A stretch of DNA of 64,000 bases, taken from contig JAZQHC010000037.1 in NCBI GenBank assembly GCA_045540335.1, forward strand, positions 1,104-65,103, written 5' to 3'. The notes under the pieces are model-generated. The model saw nothing but the letters and a program-made list of their open reading frames with translations, ran no database searches and was not told where the DNA came from. Positions 15,867-26,800 of this stretch are shown in pieces. Position numbers and translations under genes: made by a program. The DNA comes from Eubacteriales bacterium (GTDB taxonomy: Bacteria; Bacillota; Clostridia; Oscillospirales; CAG-272). Numbering within the stretch: the first letter of the stretch is position 1; each line of letters starts with the position of its first letter.

Positions 15867-18158
15867 ATGGAGAAAACGGATTTGAAGAATCAATTGTGCG
15901 AGGTGGCACAGAGAATCAAAACATTGCGCGAGATCATGGGAATTACCCCTGAAGATATGGCGCAAAAAACAGGCTTAACAACAGAAAATTATCTTAAATA
16001 CGAGTCGGGCCAGGTAGATTTCAGCTTTACATTTATTTATAAATGTGCAAACAACCTTAATGTTGACCCCACAGATCTTATAAAAGGCGAAAGCCCCACG
16101 CTTTCAAATTATACCCTTACAAGAAGCGGCGAGGGCTTGCCGATAACGCGCCGCGAGGGCTGCAAATATCTTAACATGGCGCCCTTGTTTAAACAAAAAA
16201 CGGCAGAGCCTTTTATGGTAGAGATGCCGTTTAACCCCGCAGAGGTAAACGCACCAATCAAGCTTTCCACACACGAAGGGCAAGAATTTGACGTTATTAT
16301 CTCGGGAAGAATGAAGGTTCAGATAGGCAATCATACCGAGGTTTTGTGCCCGGGGGATTCGATATACTATAACTCGTCTGCACCGCACGGAATGGTAGCG
16401 CTTGATCCCGAAGGGGTTAAGTTTTACGCAATAGTTTTGAAGAAAACGGAAACTGCAGAAGAAAAGGATAAATTCCAGCAGATCGTTTCGCAAAGAAAAG
16501 CAAGAAAAGATGCACACGCTTCAAGCATTGCGGCAAATTTCATAGATACCGAATGCGATGAAAACGGCGTGTTGAAGAAGATATCCTTCAGAAACGAAGA
16601 TAAATACAATTTCGGCTTCGATACGGTAGATGCGCTTGCGGAAAAGTGCCCCGACAAGCTTGCAATGCTGCATGTTTCTGCAGATAAAACAGAAAGAAGA
16701 TTTACGTTTGCGGATATCAAAAAGTATTCCGCAATGACTGCCAATTACCTTGAATCCCTCGGCATTAAAAAAGGCGATAGAGTTATGCTGGTATTAAAAA
16801 GGCATTATCAATTCTGGTTTGCTATCGTTGCTTTGCATAAGATCGGCGCAGTTGCGATACCCGCAACGAATCAATTGATGCAGCACGATTTTGAATACAG
16901 ATTCAAGGCGGCAGGGGTAAACGCAATACTTTGCACGTCAGACGGCGACGTTGCACACCAAGCAGAAATGGCGGCAGCGGCATGCGGCGGCGTTCCTGCT
17001 ATAAAGGTTATTGTGGGCCAACCCAGGGAAGGATGGCTTGATTTTAACGCAGGCATCAGCAAAATGTCTGACGTTTATGAAAGAAGAGAAGATACCGCCT
17101 GCGGATTTGATCCAATGCTTATGTACTTTACGTCAGGCACTACGGGATATCCCAAAATGGCAACGCAGGATTACAGATACGCTATCGGCCATTACGTAAC
17201 GGCAAGATATTGGCATAACGTAAACCCCGAGGGCTTGCACTTCACTATCTCCGATACGGGCTGGGGCAAGGCTGTTTGGGGCAAGCTTTACGGTCAATGG
17301 CTGTGCGAGGCGGCAGTATTTACCTACGATTTTGACAGGTTTGATGCAAACGAAATATTGCCAATGTTTGCAAAGTACAATATCACTACCTTCTGCGCAC
17401 CGCCCACCATGTACCGTTTCTTTATAAAAGAAGATCTTTCAAAATTTGATCTTTCAAGCATAGAATATTCAACTACGGCAGGCGAAGCGCTTAACGCCGA
17501 AGTGTTCGAACAATGGCGCAAAGCTACGGGATTAAGCATAATGGAGGGATTTGGCCAAACCGAAACTACGCTTTCTATATGCAATCTTGTCGGCACAACG
17601 CCGAAGCCCGGTGCAATGGGCAGGCCCAGCCCCCAATACGACGTTGATATAGTAGATGAAGACGGCAACAGCGTTCCCGTAGGGGAAACGGGTGAAATCG
17701 TTATCCACGTTGATAAAAAGATACCCTGCGGTCTTTTCAAGGGCTATTACCGTAACGATGAAAAAACGAAAGAGGTATGGCACGACGGATTGTATCATAC
17801 CGGCGATACTGCTTGGCGTGATGAAGACGGATATTTCTGGTACGTTGGCAGAACAGACGATGTTATCAAATCCTCCGGTTATCGCATAGGCCCGTTTGAG
17901 ATCGAAAGCGTGATAATGGAGCTTCCGTATGTGCTTGAATGCGCCGTAACCGCAGTGCCCGACCCGATAAGAGGGCAGGCGATAAAGGCTTCTATCGTGC
18001 TTGTAAAGGGCAAAGAGGGAACAGACGAGCTGAAAAAAGAAATTCAGAACTATGTTAAAGAGCATACTGCCCCTTATAAATATCCAAGGGTGGTACAGTT
18101 TATGGAAGCTTTGCCCAAAACGATAAGCGGTAAGATAAAAAGAAACGAATTAAGATAA
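15867..18158 (+). CDS. fusion protein: XRE HTH + cupin domain + AMP-forming medium/short-chain acyl-CoA synthetase (ACSM/MACS-like)
   Basis: HTH ITPEDMAQKTGLTTENYLKYESG. Cupin GDSIYYNSSAPHGM. Adenylation motifs YFTSGTTGYPKM, SDTGW, GFGQTET, TGDTAWRDEDGYFWYVGRTDDVIKSSGYRIGP, TAPYKYPR and PKTISGKIKR. Confidence 0.85.
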   Translation: MEKTDLKNQLCEVAQRIKTLREIMGITPEDMAQKTGLTTENYLKYESGQVDFSFTFIYKCANNLNVDPTDLIKGESPTLSNYTLTRSGEGLPITRREGCKYLNMAPLFKQKTAEPFMVEMPFNPAEVNAPIKLSTHEGQEFDVIISGRMKVQIGNHTEVLCPGDSIYYNSSAPHGMVALDPEGVKFYAIVLKKTETAEEKDKFQQIVSQRKARKDAHASSIAANFIDTECDENGVLKKISFRNEDKYNFGFDTVDALAEKCPDKLAMLHVSADKTERRFTFADIKKYSAMTANYLESLGIKKGDRVMLVLKRHYQFWFAIVALHKIGAVAIPATNQLMQHDFEYRFKAAGVNAILCTSDGDVAHQAEMAAAACGGVPAIKVIVGQPREGWLDFNAGISKMSDVYERREDTACGFDPMLMYFTSGTTGYPKMATQDYRYAIGHYVTARYWHNVNPEGLHFTISDTGWGKAVWGKLYGQWLCEAAVFTYDFDRFDANEILPMFAKYNITTFCAPPTMYRFFIKEDLSKFDLSSIEYSTTAGEALNAEVFEQWRKATGLSIMEGFGQTETTLSICNLVGTTPKPGAMGRPSPQYDVDIVDEDGNSVPVGETGEIVIHVDKKIPCGLFKGYYRNDEKTKEVWHDGLYHTGDTAWRDEDGYFWYVGRTDDVIKSSGYRIGPFEIESVIMELPYVLECAVTAVPDPIRGQAIKASIVLVKGKEGTDELKKEIQNYVKEHTAPYKYPRVVQFMEALPKTISGKIKRNELR

Positions 18159-18170
18159 CGAAATAAAATA

Positions 18171-18224
18171 AAAAAAACGGCAAACGTTTGCGGTTTATAT
18201 CAGCCGCCAAGCGTTTGCCGTTTT
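18171..18224. terminator. bidirectional intrinsic terminator between convergent genes
   Basis: CGGCAAACG 18178-86 pairs with CGTTTGCCG 18212-20. A-run before, T-run after. Confidence 0.65.
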
Positions 18225-18232
18225 GTGCATTT

Positions 18233-19429
18233 TTAAGATTCTTTTTGCTTTATTTTTCGTTGAATAACGGTGTTGATAATTCGAAATATAAGTAAAATCA
18301 ACAGCTCGGTAACGATGATAAAAGCTATTTGCATTGTCCATTCAACGGTTACATCAGGCCCAATGTACGTATAATTCGGCGTTGTCGGCATATGATGTGT
18401 TTCTATAACAAAACAAGCACGGCTGATATTTAACGTATTAAGGCAGAGAAGTATGTTTCGTATGCCGAACAAGATCAACGAATACCTAATGCCTTTTTTT
18501 TGCACCAAAAATACGAGAAATATTACGATACATACTAAAACCATTGCAGCACCGATAATGTAAAAAATATCTATCGACCCAAATCCGATTATCTGCGAAT
18601 ACGGCGCTGTGATAAATAGAATTACGGCAATTACAAAGGCAATCAGCTGAAGCACGTTCATTTTTTGGGTTACAGGGTCGATATCGTTACAATAAGCTTG
18701 ATCCGTTATCCAACAAGAAAATCTGTTTTTTACAACGAAAAAAATATAAACAAGAAAAATTGCTATCGGCAAAAGAATATTCAAATAGCTGCTAACGGCA
18801 AGAACGCTGTCTATATAATTGTCAACACAGATAATAAGCGGAAGCGAGATGCACAAAACGGATATTATCGCAAAAAAAGCCCTATAAGAAAAATTTCCCA
18901 GCACGTTGTTGAACTTTTTTAACGTATCTTCATCAACGTTTTCTGTAAACAGCTCTGCTTCGTTTTTTATCTCTTTCATTTTGCCTACCGCACTGACAGT
19001 AATAACGAAAGCGGCTATTTCGAACAACGTCATCACCGCGTATCCTATGATGGGGCGCATAAAACCGTACGATATACCAAGCATACATACAAGACCGACC
19101 GCACAAAGAGATAACGATATCAGTATTGAAGTTTTAAATTTTGAAACAGAACGGTTTATAAGAATTTTTATTTGTTTTTCAACCTTTGGTTCTGCCCTTT
19201 CTTGATCGCGTTCCGTAAATATACGTTCGCCCTTTAAAAGCTCGTCGCAGGTAACGCCGAAAATTTCCGCAATGGCAGGTATTAAGGAGATATCGGGCGC
19301 GCATTCGTTACGTTCCCATCGGCTTACAGCCTTGTTTGATATATTCAGCTTATCTGCCAATTCCTGCTGCGTCATTCCGTTTGCTTTGCGCAAGGCGGCA
19401 ATAAATGTACCTATTGTTTTCTTTTCCAT
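18233..19429 (-). CDS. XRE HTH regulator with polytopic C-terminal membrane domain
   Basis: The internal ATG at 19429 is preceded by GGAGG (MEKKTIGTFIAALRKANGMTQQELADKLNISNKAVSRWE), followed by multiple TM segments. The 104-aa upstream extension in the ORF track lacks coding character. Confidence 0.75.
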   Translation of the reverse strand: MEKKTIGTFIAALRKANGMTQQELADKLNISNKAVSRWERNECAPDISLIPAIAEIFGVTCDELLKGERIFTERDQERAEPKVEKQIKILINRSVSKFKTSILISLSLCAVGLVCMLGISYGFMRPIIGYAVMTLFEIAAFVITVSAVGKMKEIKNEAELFTENVDEDTLKKFNNVLGNFSYRAFFAIISVLCISLPLIICVDNYIDSVLAVSSYLNILLPIAIFLVYIFFVVKNRFSCWITDQAYCNDIDPVTQKMNVLQLIAFVIAVILFITAPYSQIIGFGSIDIFYIIGAAMVLVCIVIFLVFLVQKKGIRYSLILFGIRNILLCLNTLNISRACFVIETHHMPTTPNYTYIGPDVTVEWTMQIAFIIVTELLILLIFRIINTVIQRKIKQKES

Positions 19430-19809
19430 AAGAAAGCCTCCGTAGTTTTGATGCCTGTATTCTACCGTTTTAAGACGAAAATTTGAAGACCGTAAAGCGG
19501 GATTTAATCTCGCAAAGCGGGAAAAGTGCCGTTTAGACTGCTTTTTTTTAAAAAAATCGGCTGAATAACCGCTTGCGGTACGTATTATATACCCTTTGAA
19601 AATCAAAGTCAATAATTTCTTTGTCATTTGCAAAATTAAAGCATTTTTAAATCGGGCATGTAAAAATTTACAATATATTGCGAAAAAGTTTCTAATAACA
19701 TCTTTGGAAAAAATGCAATGTATGATATAATTATAAATCAAAATTCAGTTATGTTGTAAATACCGAATTTGTATATGATGATTTATAAAGATTAAAGGAG
19801 AGCATATAG

Positions 19810-20907
19810 ATGAAGTTAGGTATCGTAGGTCTTCCAAACGTGGGAAAAAGCACGCTTTTCAATGCTATCACAAAAGCAGGGGCAGAATGCGCAAATTACC
19901 CGTTCTGTACGATAGAACCGAACGTGGGCGTTGTTCCCGTGCCTGATTATAGATTGGATGTTTTGGCAGAAATGTATTCCCCGCAAAAATATACGCCCGC
20001 AGTAATCGAATTCGTAGATATTGCAGGGCTTGTAAAGGGTGCATCACACGGCGAGGGGCTGGGAAATAAGTTTTTGTCCCACATTCGCGAGGTTGATGCC
20101 GTTGTTCACGTGGTAAGGTGCTTTGAAAACGAAAACATCATTCATGTGGAAGGCGACGTTGACGCTATACGCGATGTTGAAACTATAAATACAGAGCTTA
20201 TACTGTCTGATATGGAGATAGTTCAAAAAAGAATAGACAAAGATGAAAAGCTTCTTAAAGCAGACAAGTCTATTTTACCTGAAATAGAATTTTTAAAACG
20301 CCTTGCCAAACATTTTGACGAGGGTAAAACCGCCCGTTGCATTGAAATGGACGAGGATGAAAGGCAAATACTTGCAACACTTCCGCTTCTTTCTGCCAAG
20401 CCCGTTATATACGCGGCAAACGTATCGGAGGATGAAGTTTCGGGCGAGCCTATCGGTAATAAAAACTACGATGCTTTGAAGGCGTATGCCGAGGCGGAAG
20501 GTTCGGAAATAATACCCGTTTGTGCTTCGCTTGAATTTGAAATAGCCGCCCTTGACGAGGAAGAGGCAAAGGCCTTCCTTGAAGAGCTTGGTATGGGCCA
20601 AAGCGGGTTAGACAGGCTTATTAAAGCAAGCTATAAATTGCTTGGTCTTATCAGCTTCTTAACGGCAGGCCCGCAAGAGGTACGCGCGTGGACGATAAAG
20701 CAGGGCACTAAAGCTCCGGGTGCTGCAGGAAAGATACACTCTGATTTTGAACGCGGCTTTATCCGTGCAGAGATAATCGGGTTTGATGAATTGGTTGCCT
20801 GCGGAAAGAATATGACGGCCGCAAGAGAAAAGGGTCTTATCCGAAGCGAGGGTAAAGAATACGTTATGCGCGACGGCGACGTTACCCTGTTCAGATTTAA
20901 CGTTTGA
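19810..20907 (+). CDS. ychF: redox-regulated ribosome-binding ATPase YchF
   Basis: [19 protein letters not shown] and the C-terminal [15 protein letters not shown] motif. Confidence 0.93.
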   Translation: MKLGIVGLPNVGKSTLFNAITKAGAECANYPFCTIEPNVGVVPVPDYRLDVLAEMYSPQKYTPAVIEFVDIAGLVKGASHGEGLGNKFLSHIREVDAVVHVVRCFENENIIHVEGDVDAIRDVETINTELILSDMEIVQKRIDKDEKLLKADKSILPEIEFLKRLAKHFDEGKTARCIEMDEDERQILATLPLLSAKPVIYAANVSEDEVSGEPIGNKNYDALKAYAEAEGSEIIPVCASLEFEIAALDEEEAKAFLEELGMGQSGLDRLIKASYKLLGLISFLTAGPQEVRAWTIKQGTKAPGAAGKIHSDFERGFIRAEIIGFDELVACGKNMTAAREKGLIRSEGKEYVMRDGDVTLFRFNV

Positions 20908-20934
20908 TATAAAGCAAGAAACGAAAATAAAAAA

Positions 20935-20966
20935 CGGCAAGTTTCTTTCGGAACTTGCCGTTTTTT
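20935..20966. terminator. bidirectional terminator shared by ychF and tRNA-Thr
   Basis: CGGCAAGTT-tctttcgg-AACTTGCCG followed by TTTTTT, with AAAA upstream. Confidence 0.75.
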
Positions 20967-21041
20967 GGAGCTGCTAGACAGAGTCGAACTGTCGACCTCA
21001 TCCTTACCAAGGATGTGCTCTGCCAGCTGAGCCATAGCAGC
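20966..21041 (-). tRNA. tRNA-Thr (anticodon GGT), 76 nt with encoded CCA
   Basis: The reverse complement folds as a cloverleaf: acceptor GCTGCTA/TAGCAGC, D stem GCTC/GAGC, anticodon stem CATCC/GGATG with loop TTGGTAA, T arm GACAG-TTCGACT-CTGTC, then T-CCA. Confidence 0.9.
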
Positions 21042-21052
21042 ACAACACTTGT

Positions 21053-21081
21053 ATATTATCAAAAAAAAGGTGATTTGTCAA
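21053..21081 (-). promoter_or_regulatory. sigma-A promoter for tRNA-Thr (TTGACA-17-TAATAT on the minus strand)
   Basis: Plus-strand tgtcaa 21076-81 and atatta 21053-58. The -10 lies about 12 nt upstream of the mature tRNA 5' end. Confidence 0.6.
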
Positions 21082-21117
21082 GTGTTTTTGCGAAAAAAAT
21101 AATATTTGGGGTGCAAA

Positions 21118-22077
21118 ATGATAAAACAAGCAAAATGGGCGTTTATCGGCTGCGGTTGGGCAGGCGGCGATATGGCGGAAATATTTGCAAGATCGAATCG
21201 AAAAATATTTGCCGTTTACAGCCGTACGTATGAAAAAGCGTGCGACTTTGCAAAAAAATACAACATCGAAAAGGTGTATAAAACGGCAGAGGAGTTATAT
21301 TCAGATAACGATATAAACTGCGTTTATATAGCTACACCGCACAGCAACCACGCGGAATTTATTGAAAAGTGCGTTAACAGCGGAAAAAATGTGCTTTGCG
21401 AAAAGGCAATAACCGTTAATCACACCCAATTATCGCGTATAAACCGTTTAGCAAGCGAAAAAGGCGTTACCGTTGCCGAGGGAATGACGGTTTATAATAT
21501 GCCTTTACACCGTGCCTTATCGAAGCGTGTTTTAAGCGGCGAATTCGGAAAGGTAAATCTTATACAGGTAAATTTCGGCAGTACGAAAAAATACGATCCG
21601 AACAACAGATTTTATAGTAAAAGCTGTGCAGGCGGTGCTATGCTTGATATAGGCGTTTACGCCCTTGCACTTGAAAGAATGTACAGCAGCTGCCGCGTTG
21701 AAAGCGTATCTTCAAGCGCGGTTTTTACAGAAAGCGGCGTAGATGAAGGCTTCGGTGCGGTAATAAACAGAAAAAACGGGCAGATAAGCACTTTAACGGT
21801 GTCTTTAAATTCAAAGCTGCCGAAGCGCGCAGTTATATCCTGCGCAGATGCGTATATAGAAATATACGATTATCCGAGATGCGACAAAGCAGAGATAGTG
21901 TATCTGAATAAAGAAAAGGAAATATTCCAAATCGGAAACACGAAAGACGCACTTCTTTATGAAATAGAAAATTTTGAAAACAACTGCGATATGCTTCAGA
22001 ACCATACGTACGACGTTATGCAAATCGCCACGGAAATGCGTAAACATTGGGGGCTTGTGTATCCTTTTGAGGATTAA
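21118..22077 (+). CDS. Gfo/Idh/MocA-family NAD(P)-dependent oxidoreductase
   Basis: N-terminal Rossmann [10 protein letters not shown] and the EKA motif (VLCEKAIT). The ORF-track start at 21106 is TTG, and the ATG at 21118 is preferred. Confidence 0.75.
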   Translation: MIKQAKWAFIGCGWAGGDMAEIFARSNRKIFAVYSRTYEKACDFAKKYNIEKVYKTAEELYSDNDINCVYIATPHSNHAEFIEKCVNSGKNVLCEKAITVNHTQLSRINRLASEKGVTVAEGMTVYNMPLHRALSKRVLSGEFGKVNLIQVNFGSTKKYDPNNRFYSKSCAGGAMLDIGVYALALERMYSSCRVESVSSSAVFTESGVDEGFGAVINRKNGQISTLTVSLNSKLPKRAVISCADAYIEIYDYPRCDKAEIVYLNKEKEIFQIGNTKDALLYEIENFENNCDMLQNHTYDVMQIATEMRKHWGLVYPFED

Positions 22078-22772
22078 AGCTTGCTTTCTATTTCGTTTTT
22101 TAACCGTTTGATTATCTTTTTTTCAAGCCGCGAGATGTAAGATTGGGATATACCAAGTGCATCTGCGGTTTCTTTTTGCGTTAATTCACGCTTGCCGTCA
22201 AGCCCGAAGCGCAGGCTGATTATTTGCCTTTCACGCGGGTCTAAACCGTTTACTATTCGGTTTATCATACGGCGTTCTTCGTCTTGCTCGATATCGTGCG
22301 ATACTGTATCTGAATCGCTTCCGATAACGTCGCATATAAGAAGCTCGTTTCCGTCGTAGTCAACGTTAAGGGGCTCGTCAAGCGACATTTCGTTTTTTAA
22401 ATAGCTGTTTTTTCTTATGTACATCAATATTTCGTTTTCTATACAGCGCGATGAATACGTTGCTAATTTTATGTTTTTGTCGGGATCGTACGTGTTTATG
22501 GACTTTATCAATCCGATAGTGCCTATCGATATAAGATCCTCTATGCCGATGCCCGTGCTTTCAAATTTTTTTGCAATATATACTACAAGCCGCAGATTTC
22601 TTTCTACAAGTATTTTTCTTGCACAAGGGTCTTCCTTTAACCGTTCCATTACAGATGCTTCTTCTTCCGGTGTGAGGGGCGGCGGCAGCGTTTGCGAGCC
22701 GTTTATATAAAAAACGGTATTATCTTCCACCTTTAAGCCGAATATTTTTTTAATTATTTTTTTTAACAGCAT
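22074..22772 (-). CDS. sigE: sporulation sigma factor SigE (pro-sigma-E)
   Basis: Pro-sequence plus [43 protein letters not shown] and [15 protein letters not shown]. Immediately downstream of spoIIGA. Confidence 0.9.
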   Translation of the reverse strand: MLLKKIIKKIFGLKVEDNTVFYINGSQTLPPPLTPEEEASVMERLKEDPCARKILVERNLRLVVYIAKKFESTGIGIEDLISIGTIGLIKSINTYDPDKNIKLATYSSRCIENEILMYIRKNSYLKNEMSLDEPLNVDYDGNELLICDVIGSDSDTVSHDIEQDEERRMINRIVNGLDPRERQIISLRFGLDGKRELTQKETADALGISQSYISRLEKKIIKRLKNEIESKL

Positions 22773-22788
22773 ATTATTTTCCTTTCTT

Positions 22789-23628
22789 CTATTCGCAAAT
22801 GTTTAACGGGGCAACACCTTCAAACCCCGAAAAATCTGTTTTTTCTCCTGCGGCTATCACTGCGCGTACGTTTATTTGCCCGCTTGACGTTTTTACCGAT
22901 ACGTTATCCGGCAAAATGCCCGTAAGCACACCGTTTCCCGATGCGGTGGAAATCGGAATATAGCGAAGCTTTGCCAAAACGTCTTTTTGCAAAAGTATGT
23001 CTTCAAATTTGCAGCCGATCAGTTGCTCTATTACGTGCGGCGGCACGACTACGACGGGCGCACCGCTTAACGGTTCAACCAACAGATTTCCGCTATCGGC
23101 AAGAACGCGTATTTTGCAAGATCTTTGCCCAAGCACTGCCGTAATATCGGCGTGCTTTACTGAGGTGCTTTTTAAAAAGATCCTGCCTGTTATGTATGAA
23201 AGCAAAAGACAAGCCGAAACCACAAGCACGAATACCCAAACGGGTATTTTTTTTTCGCTTGAAAAATCGGTGTTTATATTTACGTTGTAAAAAAGCTTAT
23301 CCAAAAAAGAATAGCTTGATGTAACCGCACCGCCGCACAGTAAAGAAACGCCGTAAAATATTATGCAAAGCTTGATATATCTTTTTTTCGATTTTGGATA
23401 TGCAATAAAGCACATTAAAAGATATACAGCAATATTCAAAAGCAAAACGACGGTATTGCTTTTTATAAAAAGCGCAAAAACACCGTATATACCGCCAAGT
23501 AAAGATGCAATGCATAAAAGATGGCGTTTTGCCTGCAAATGAAGCAGTTTTCCGCTTATATAAAGCGAAATAAGATCCATTGAAAAATTTATAACGAAAA
23601 GTATATCACCGTAAACCGTTGTTTTCAC
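22789..23628 (-). CDS. spoIIGA: sigma-E processing peptidase SpoIIGA
   Basis: The GTG at 23628 lies 5 nt after [33 protein letters not shown]-terminus, five TM segments and a C-terminal protease-like region. Confidence 0.85.
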   Translation of the reverse strand: MKTTVYGDILFVINFSMDLISLYISGKLLHLQAKRHLLCIASLLGGIYGVFALFIKSNTVVLLLNIAVYLLMCFIAYPKSKKRYIKLCIIFYGVSLLCGGAVTSSYSFLDKLFYNVNINTDFSSEKKIPVWVFVLVVSACLLLSYITGRIFLKSTSVKHADITAVLGQRSCKIRVLADSGNLLVEPLSGAPVVVVPPHVIEQLIGCKFEDILLQKDVLAKLRYIPISTASGNGVLTGILPDNVSVKTSSGQINVRAVIAAGEKTDFSGFEGVAPLNICE

Positions 23629-23649
23629 CTTATCCCTCCTTGCAGATAA

Positions 23650-23682
23650 ATTATATATCGAACGGGTTGATTTTTTTGTCAT
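23650..23682 (-). promoter_or_regulatory. candidate spoIIG-type promoter with over-long spacer (ATGACA-21 nt-TATAAT) containing a Spo0A-box-like TATCGAA
   Basis: Plus-strand tgtcat 23677-82 and attata 23650-55. TATCGAA 23656-62 versus the 0A-box consensus TGTCGAA. Confidence 0.4.
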
Positions 23683-23824
23683 ACCGTGGAGCAATCTAAA
23701 ATTTAACTTTTAGGTTATATCTGCAGAAAATTTGAAAAACAGCACTATTCAGAAGCTTTTGTATAAAAATCACATTAAAGGATATAATTTCATTATCACA
23801 ATAAGTATGCAAAGGGTACGATCT

Positions 23825-26800
23825 ATGAAAAAAGGGCAGTTGTTAAAGGGGATAAAAAAAAGCCTTGCGCGCGCAGGTGATATGCGCTGTTCGGAAATAG
23901 CAATAAGGGAAAACTATTATTTATTGGCGCAAAAAGGAAAATACGCCTATAATCAGATAGCGCACAGTAAAGAAAAATGCTATGAACACGTTTTGGATAT
24001 ATTGTTTATTCTTCAAAGATATCATTTTGATATATCGCAAGATGAGCTGTTCAAAGAGGTAAAGCCGCTTAAATTAAGCGATGGGGAATTAAAGCATCTG
24101 TATGAAATAATAGTATATTGCTGCCTTTTTTCCTTGGGCGAAAACAAAAATAACGACAAAATAATAAATTTTATAAGGCGTGCAGGCTTTTATGATTATA
24201 AACGCTTTTACCGTCTGTTAAGCGAGCTGGAAAAGGTGCTTTTGCTTAATCACGATTATAAAATAAGCGATGAAGAAACACGTCAGTTGTATGTTTTCGC
24301 TTTAAAAAAGTACGCAAAAAAACATAAAATGCCGATTTTGAAGGCTGCCGCAAAGGTATCCGAAGGCGGTATATCGCAAGTATTGTTCGAAAAACCGCAC
24401 CCGATAGCAGAAAAACTGTATTTTGCGGTTATTTTTTCTTTTTTTGCCTTTTTGGCTTTATCCGAGGCTTTCGTAATATTTTTTCCGTTTTCTTTTTCGG
24501 CGATTTTGCCCTTTTTGCTTTCACTTGTTCCTATTTACGAATGCTCTGTATATCTTACCAATTATTCTTATTCAAAGCTGTTTTACCCGCGCGTAAAGCC
24601 TGCGTTAAACGTAAACGATATACCGAAGGAAGTCAAAACGCTTGCAGTAATTACTTCATTGTTAAACGGCAACGATACCGACGTTTTTGAAAAAATCGAA
24701 CAGTACTACGTAAGCAATAAATACGACGGGCTAATGTGCGGTATTCTTGCCGATTTGCCCGACAGCGACCTTCCCGAAGAGCAGAATGACCTTAATATCC
24801 TGAAAAACGCCGAAATGGCAATAGACCGCTTGTGCGAAAAATACGGCGATATCTTCTTTTTGTTTTGGCGAAAAAGAGAATATTGCCCAACAGAGGGTAA
24901 GTTTATTGCCCCCGAAAGAAAGCGTCTTGCCGTGGGGCAGCTATGCAGTCTGCTTTATACCGGAAAGGGAAATATCGAGGTATATGGAAGCCAAAATCTG
25001 CTTTTCGGCACGAAATATCTTATAACGCTTGATTCCGACACCGTATTGCCCCCCGGTACGGCAATAAGAATGACAGCCGTGGCAGAGCATCCGCTTAACC
25101 GCCCCAAAATAGACGAATCTGCACGAAAGGTTGTAAAGGGGCACGGTATATTGCAGCCTGCGGTAGATACGCTGATATCGTCTGCGGCAAAAACTCCGTT
25201 TTCGCTTATTTCTTCAGGCAACGGCGGCGTTCAATCGTATAGATCTGCAAGATTTGACGTATATGAAGAAATATTCGGCAAAGGAATATTTTGCGGAAAA
25301 GGCATAATAAACTGCGAGGCGTTTTGTAAAACCGCAATCGATATCTTCCCGTGCGAAAAAATTCTTTCGCACGACGTTGTCGAGGGGTGCTTTTTAAACT
25401 CAGGTATGATACCGAATATTGCCCTGTACGATTCTACCCCGTCAAATGCGAATGCATATTATAAACGATCAGACAGGTGGATCAGGGGCGATCTTCAAAC
25501 GTACGCTGTTTTTAAAGGAAAATACGTAAAAACAAAAAACGGAAAAGTAAAAAATCCGCTATCCGCCTTTGATAAATACAAATTGTTTGATAATCTTCGC
25601 CGCGATATTACCCCCGCATTTGCTGTATCCGCAATGATAGCAGGTGCTTTTTGTAAAAGATACGTATGTGTTTCCGTAGCGTTTTTTTCTTTGTTTTACG
25701 TTATTATCCCTGCCTTTGTTTCGTTTTTGGAATGTGTAATTTCGGGTGCTTTCGGCGTTAAAAGAAAATTCTATTCTTTTGCCGTTTCGGATTTTTGGTA
25801 CGCTTTTTTGTATTTAATGTGGAAGATATCTGCTGTTGCACACGATGGGTACGTTGGCGCAAAGGCTGCTGTTACATCTTTATGGCGCTTGAATATCAGC
25901 GGTAAAAATCTGCTTGCATGGGTAAGTGCATCACAAGCGGAAAAAACGTTAAAGGGCAGTCTTGGCATATATCTGCTTAAAGGCGCATTTTCGGTTTTGT
26001 GCGGCTTTTGCTTTTTGTTGTTCGTTCCCTTCGGTATATATCGTGCATCAGGTGTGCTTTTTATTTTAAATCCCTTTGCAATGTACCTTTCTTCAAAGCC
26101 GGTAAAGCAAAAAAGCAAGGCGTGCAGCGAAAACGACCGAAAACAGCTTGCAAAATACGTGCACGATATGTGGCAGTATTTCGAAGACTACGTAAACGAT
26201 GAAACAAATTATCTTCCGCCCGATAACGTTTCGTTTATCGGCGGAGAAAAAATAGCACAGCGTACCTCGCCGACGAATATAGGGCTGTACCTTATGTCTG
26301 CCATGGGCGCGTATTATTTTGGTATTTTCGGCAAGGAAAAGCTTTACCAAGTTATAGAAAAAACGGTTTTTACCGTTGAAAAAATGAAAAAGTATAAGGG
26401 CAATTTGTATAACTGGTACGATATAACGAATATCAGTACGTTGAATACGTTTGTTTCTTTCGTAGATAGCGGCAATTTCGTCTGCTGTATGGTGTGCGTT
26501 AAAGAAGGTCTTGAAAAAATATTTTCGCCTAACGATAATCTGGTAAAAAGAATAAACGCCTTAATACTTCAAACCGACCTTGGCTGTATGTACGATGAAG
26601 AAGCGAATATGTTTTATATCGGTACAGACGAGGTGCACGGCGTTACGAAGGGCAACCATTACGACATGTATATGAGTGAGGCAAGAACAAGCGATTTTTA
26701 CGCCGCCGCCCATGGAATAACGAAAAACCGACTTTTGTGCAATACTTCAAGAACGGTAATAGGCAAAAACGGATATATGGGGCTTGCCTCGTGGACGGGA

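Noticed and set aside
19494-19522. Exact 9-nt direct repeat AAAGCGGGA (19494-19502 and 19514-19522) upstream of the HTH-membrane gene.
   Set aside because: It is too short to be statistically meaningful on its own. It may be an operator, but nothing else supports this.
19430-19741. 104-codon N-terminal extension of the HTH-membrane protein ORF (502 aa in the ORF track).
   Set aside because: The region is AT-rich promoter-like DNA. A perfect GGAGG precedes the internal ATG at 19429, and the conserved HTH domain starts right there.
23732-23824. TTG start at 23732 for the cgs-like gene.
   Set aside because: The extra 31 codons cover AT-rich DNA with a TATAAT (23783-88) and lack an RBS. The ATG at 23825 (or 23807) is more plausible, though unproven.
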